Of a stretch of DNA of 64,000 nt, positions 62,476-64,000 are shown in pieces; positions within the stretch are counted from its first letter, which is position 1, and each line of letters starts with the position of its first letter. The stretch spans positions 4,096,001-4,160,000 of the forward strand of contig OZ244065.1 in the NCBI GenBank assembly GCA_965215505.1, read 5' to 3'. A model generated the notes under the pieces. That model did not search any database. It saw only the letters and a program-made list of their open reading frames with translations, and was not told where the DNA came from. Made by a program: the position numbers and the translations under genes. This DNA comes from Capsulimonadaceae bacterium (GTDB lineage: Bacteria; Armatimonadota; Armatimonadia; Armatimonadales; Capsulimonadaceae).

Positions 62476-63120
62476 GTGGACTGGTCGCCGCTCTGGCTCT
62501 CGCTCAAAGTCGCCGGCTGGGCCACCGTGGGCAGCGTCCTGTTCGGCCTGCCGCTCGCCTACCTCCTGGGCCGCGTCCGCTTTCCGGGCCGCAGCCTGCT
62601 GGAAGGGGTGGCCCTGCTGCCGCTCGTCCTGCCGCCCACCGTACTAGGCTATGCCCTGCTGGTCGGCCTGGGCCGGCGCGGCGCACTGGGGGCCTGGCTG
62701 GACCGCGTTCACCACCCCCTCGTCTTCACCTGGCAGGGGGCCGCCCTCGCCGCCTGCGTCGCCTCCACGCCCCTGTTCGTCACCCAGGCCCGCGTCGCAC
62801 TTTCCGCCGTGGACCCAGATGTCCTCGCCGCCGCCCGCACCGACGGGGCCGGCTTCTGGCCGGTGCTGCGCTTCATCCTGCTGCCCCTGGCCCGGCCCGG
62901 CCTGATCGCGGGCACGACCCTGGCCTTCGCCCGCGCCCTGGGCGACTTCGGCGCGACCCTGATGGTGGCCGGGGACACGCCGGGCCAGACGCAGACCATG
63001 CCCCTTGCCATCTACGACGCCGTCCAATCCGGCGACGCCCACACCGCCGCCGCCTTCGCCGCGCTGTCCGCCGCCCTCTGCCTCACGGTCTGCGTCCTGG
63101 CCGCGCGCCTGGGGCGCTAA
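62476..63120 (+). CDS. modB: Molybdate ABC transporter permease
   Basis: PLWLSLKVA, LPLVLPPTVLGY, FARALGDFGATLMVAG. Confidence 0.92.
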   Translation: MDWSPLWLSLKVAGWATVGSVLFGLPLAYLLGRVRFPGRSLLEGVALLPLVLPPTVLGYALLVGLGRRGALGAWLDRVHHPLVFTWQGAALAACVASTPLFVTQARVALSAVDPDVLAAARTDGAGFWPVLRFILLPLARPGLIAGTTLAFARALGDFGATLMVAGDTPGQTQTMPLAIYDAVQSGDAHTAAAFAALSAALCLTVCVLAARLGR

Positions 63121-63214
63121 ATGGACGGAGGAAAGGGCCGCCCCGGCGTCGAACGGTCTTACGTCCTCATTGCCTTTCCGCTTCCCCGCTCCCCACGCGA
63201 GTGTTTCCAGTATC

Positions 63215-64000
63215 ATGCCGAACACACAATCCAGCATCATTGACAACCGCGAGGGGAATACCCTCCTTTCCAGCCTCCAGGCCGTCACGGACAGCGGGCG
63301 GGAGCTGTGCATCGCCTCCGCCTTCTTCACCCTGGACGCCCTGCTGCTGCTGGCCGACACCCTGGACGGCTACGCGAAAATCCGCCTGCTGTTCGGGGGC
63401 GATGCCGACGCCACGCAGCGGCGGAAGCTGATGGAGAAGGCGCGGATGGAGTCCGAAACCGATTTGCTCCGTCAGCGCGAGGAGGGGCCGGCCCTGCTCT
63501 CGCCCCTCCAGGTCGTGGAGAGGCTGTTCCAGGAGGGCAAGATCGAGGCGCGCTGCTACACCAAGCAGAAGTTCCACGCCAAGGCCTACCTCATCCGGCG
63601 CGATGCCGCCTTCGCCCCCCGGCAGGGCATCCTCGGCAGCGGCAACTTCACCCGGTCGGGCATGACCCGCAACATCGAGCTGAACGTACACCTGACCATC
63701 GAGCAGTCCGCCCATCTGGAAACCTGGTTCGACGACCGCTGGGCCGAGGCCGAGGCCGACGAGGTGACGCCGGACATCCTGACCCTCCTCCAGACCCAGA
63801 TCGCCCTGTACCACCCGTATGTGCTGTTCCAGAAGGCGCTCGCCGTCTGGGGGGAGTTTTTCGGCGGGGCGCAGGAGGAAAGTACCCTGCCCCTGGACCC
63901 GCACCAGGCGCAGGGCTTCGGGCAGGCCCTGAACATCATCGCGCGGGAGCAGGGCGTCCTGGTGTGCGACGGAGTCGGCCTGGGCAAGAGCTTCATCGGC
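63215..64000 (+). CDS. PLD-domain plus SNF2-like helicase fusion, partial (runs off the window)
   Basis: Not in the ORF track; manual translation gives IIDN, FHAKAYL...GSGNFT (PLD HxK) and VCDGVGLGKS (Walker A). Confidence 0.85.
   Translation, partial: MPNTQSSIIDNREGNTLLSSLQAVTDSGRELCIASAFFTLDALLLLADTLDGYAKIRLLFGGDADATQRRKLMEKARMESETDLLRQREEGPALLSPLQVVERLFQEGKIEARCYTKQKFHAKAYLIRRDAAFAPRQGILGSGNFTRSGMTRNIELNVHLTIEQSAHLETWFDDRWAEAEADEVTPDILTLLQTQIALYHPYVLFQKALAVWGEFFGGAQEESTLPLDPHQAQGFGQALNIIAREQGVLVCDGVGLGKSFIG

Overview
GC-rich bacterial chromosomal window. The 16S sequence and the gene content (DUF1559/H-X9-DG protein, several secreted glycoside hydrolases) suggest Armatimonadota, probably Capsulimonas-like; this is a by-eye inference. 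It holds one complete rRNA operon (16S, tRNA-Ile, tRNA-Ala, 23S, 5S) behind four tandem promoter repeats. Housekeeping genes include hemW, panB/panC, gpmA, cmk, plsC, pilT, ilvD, sirC-hemA-ccsA-ftsY, pepF, an E2 acyltransferase, smpB, ugd and a mod operon. Small accessory modules sit between them: three PIN/VapC toxin-antitoxin loci (one with a truncated toxin), a frameshifted Uma2 nuclease, a HEPN gene with a non-canonical duplicated partner, three families of REP/REPIN-like inverted repeats and the start of a PLD-SNF2 helicase gene. Best novelty candidates: (1) an unannotated type I toxin-antitoxin-like locus at about 4200-4580; (2) the HEPN module with a duplicated pseudo-MNT/BolA-like partner at 44.8-46.8 kb. 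All family calls come from motifs recognised by eye; no database searches were run.
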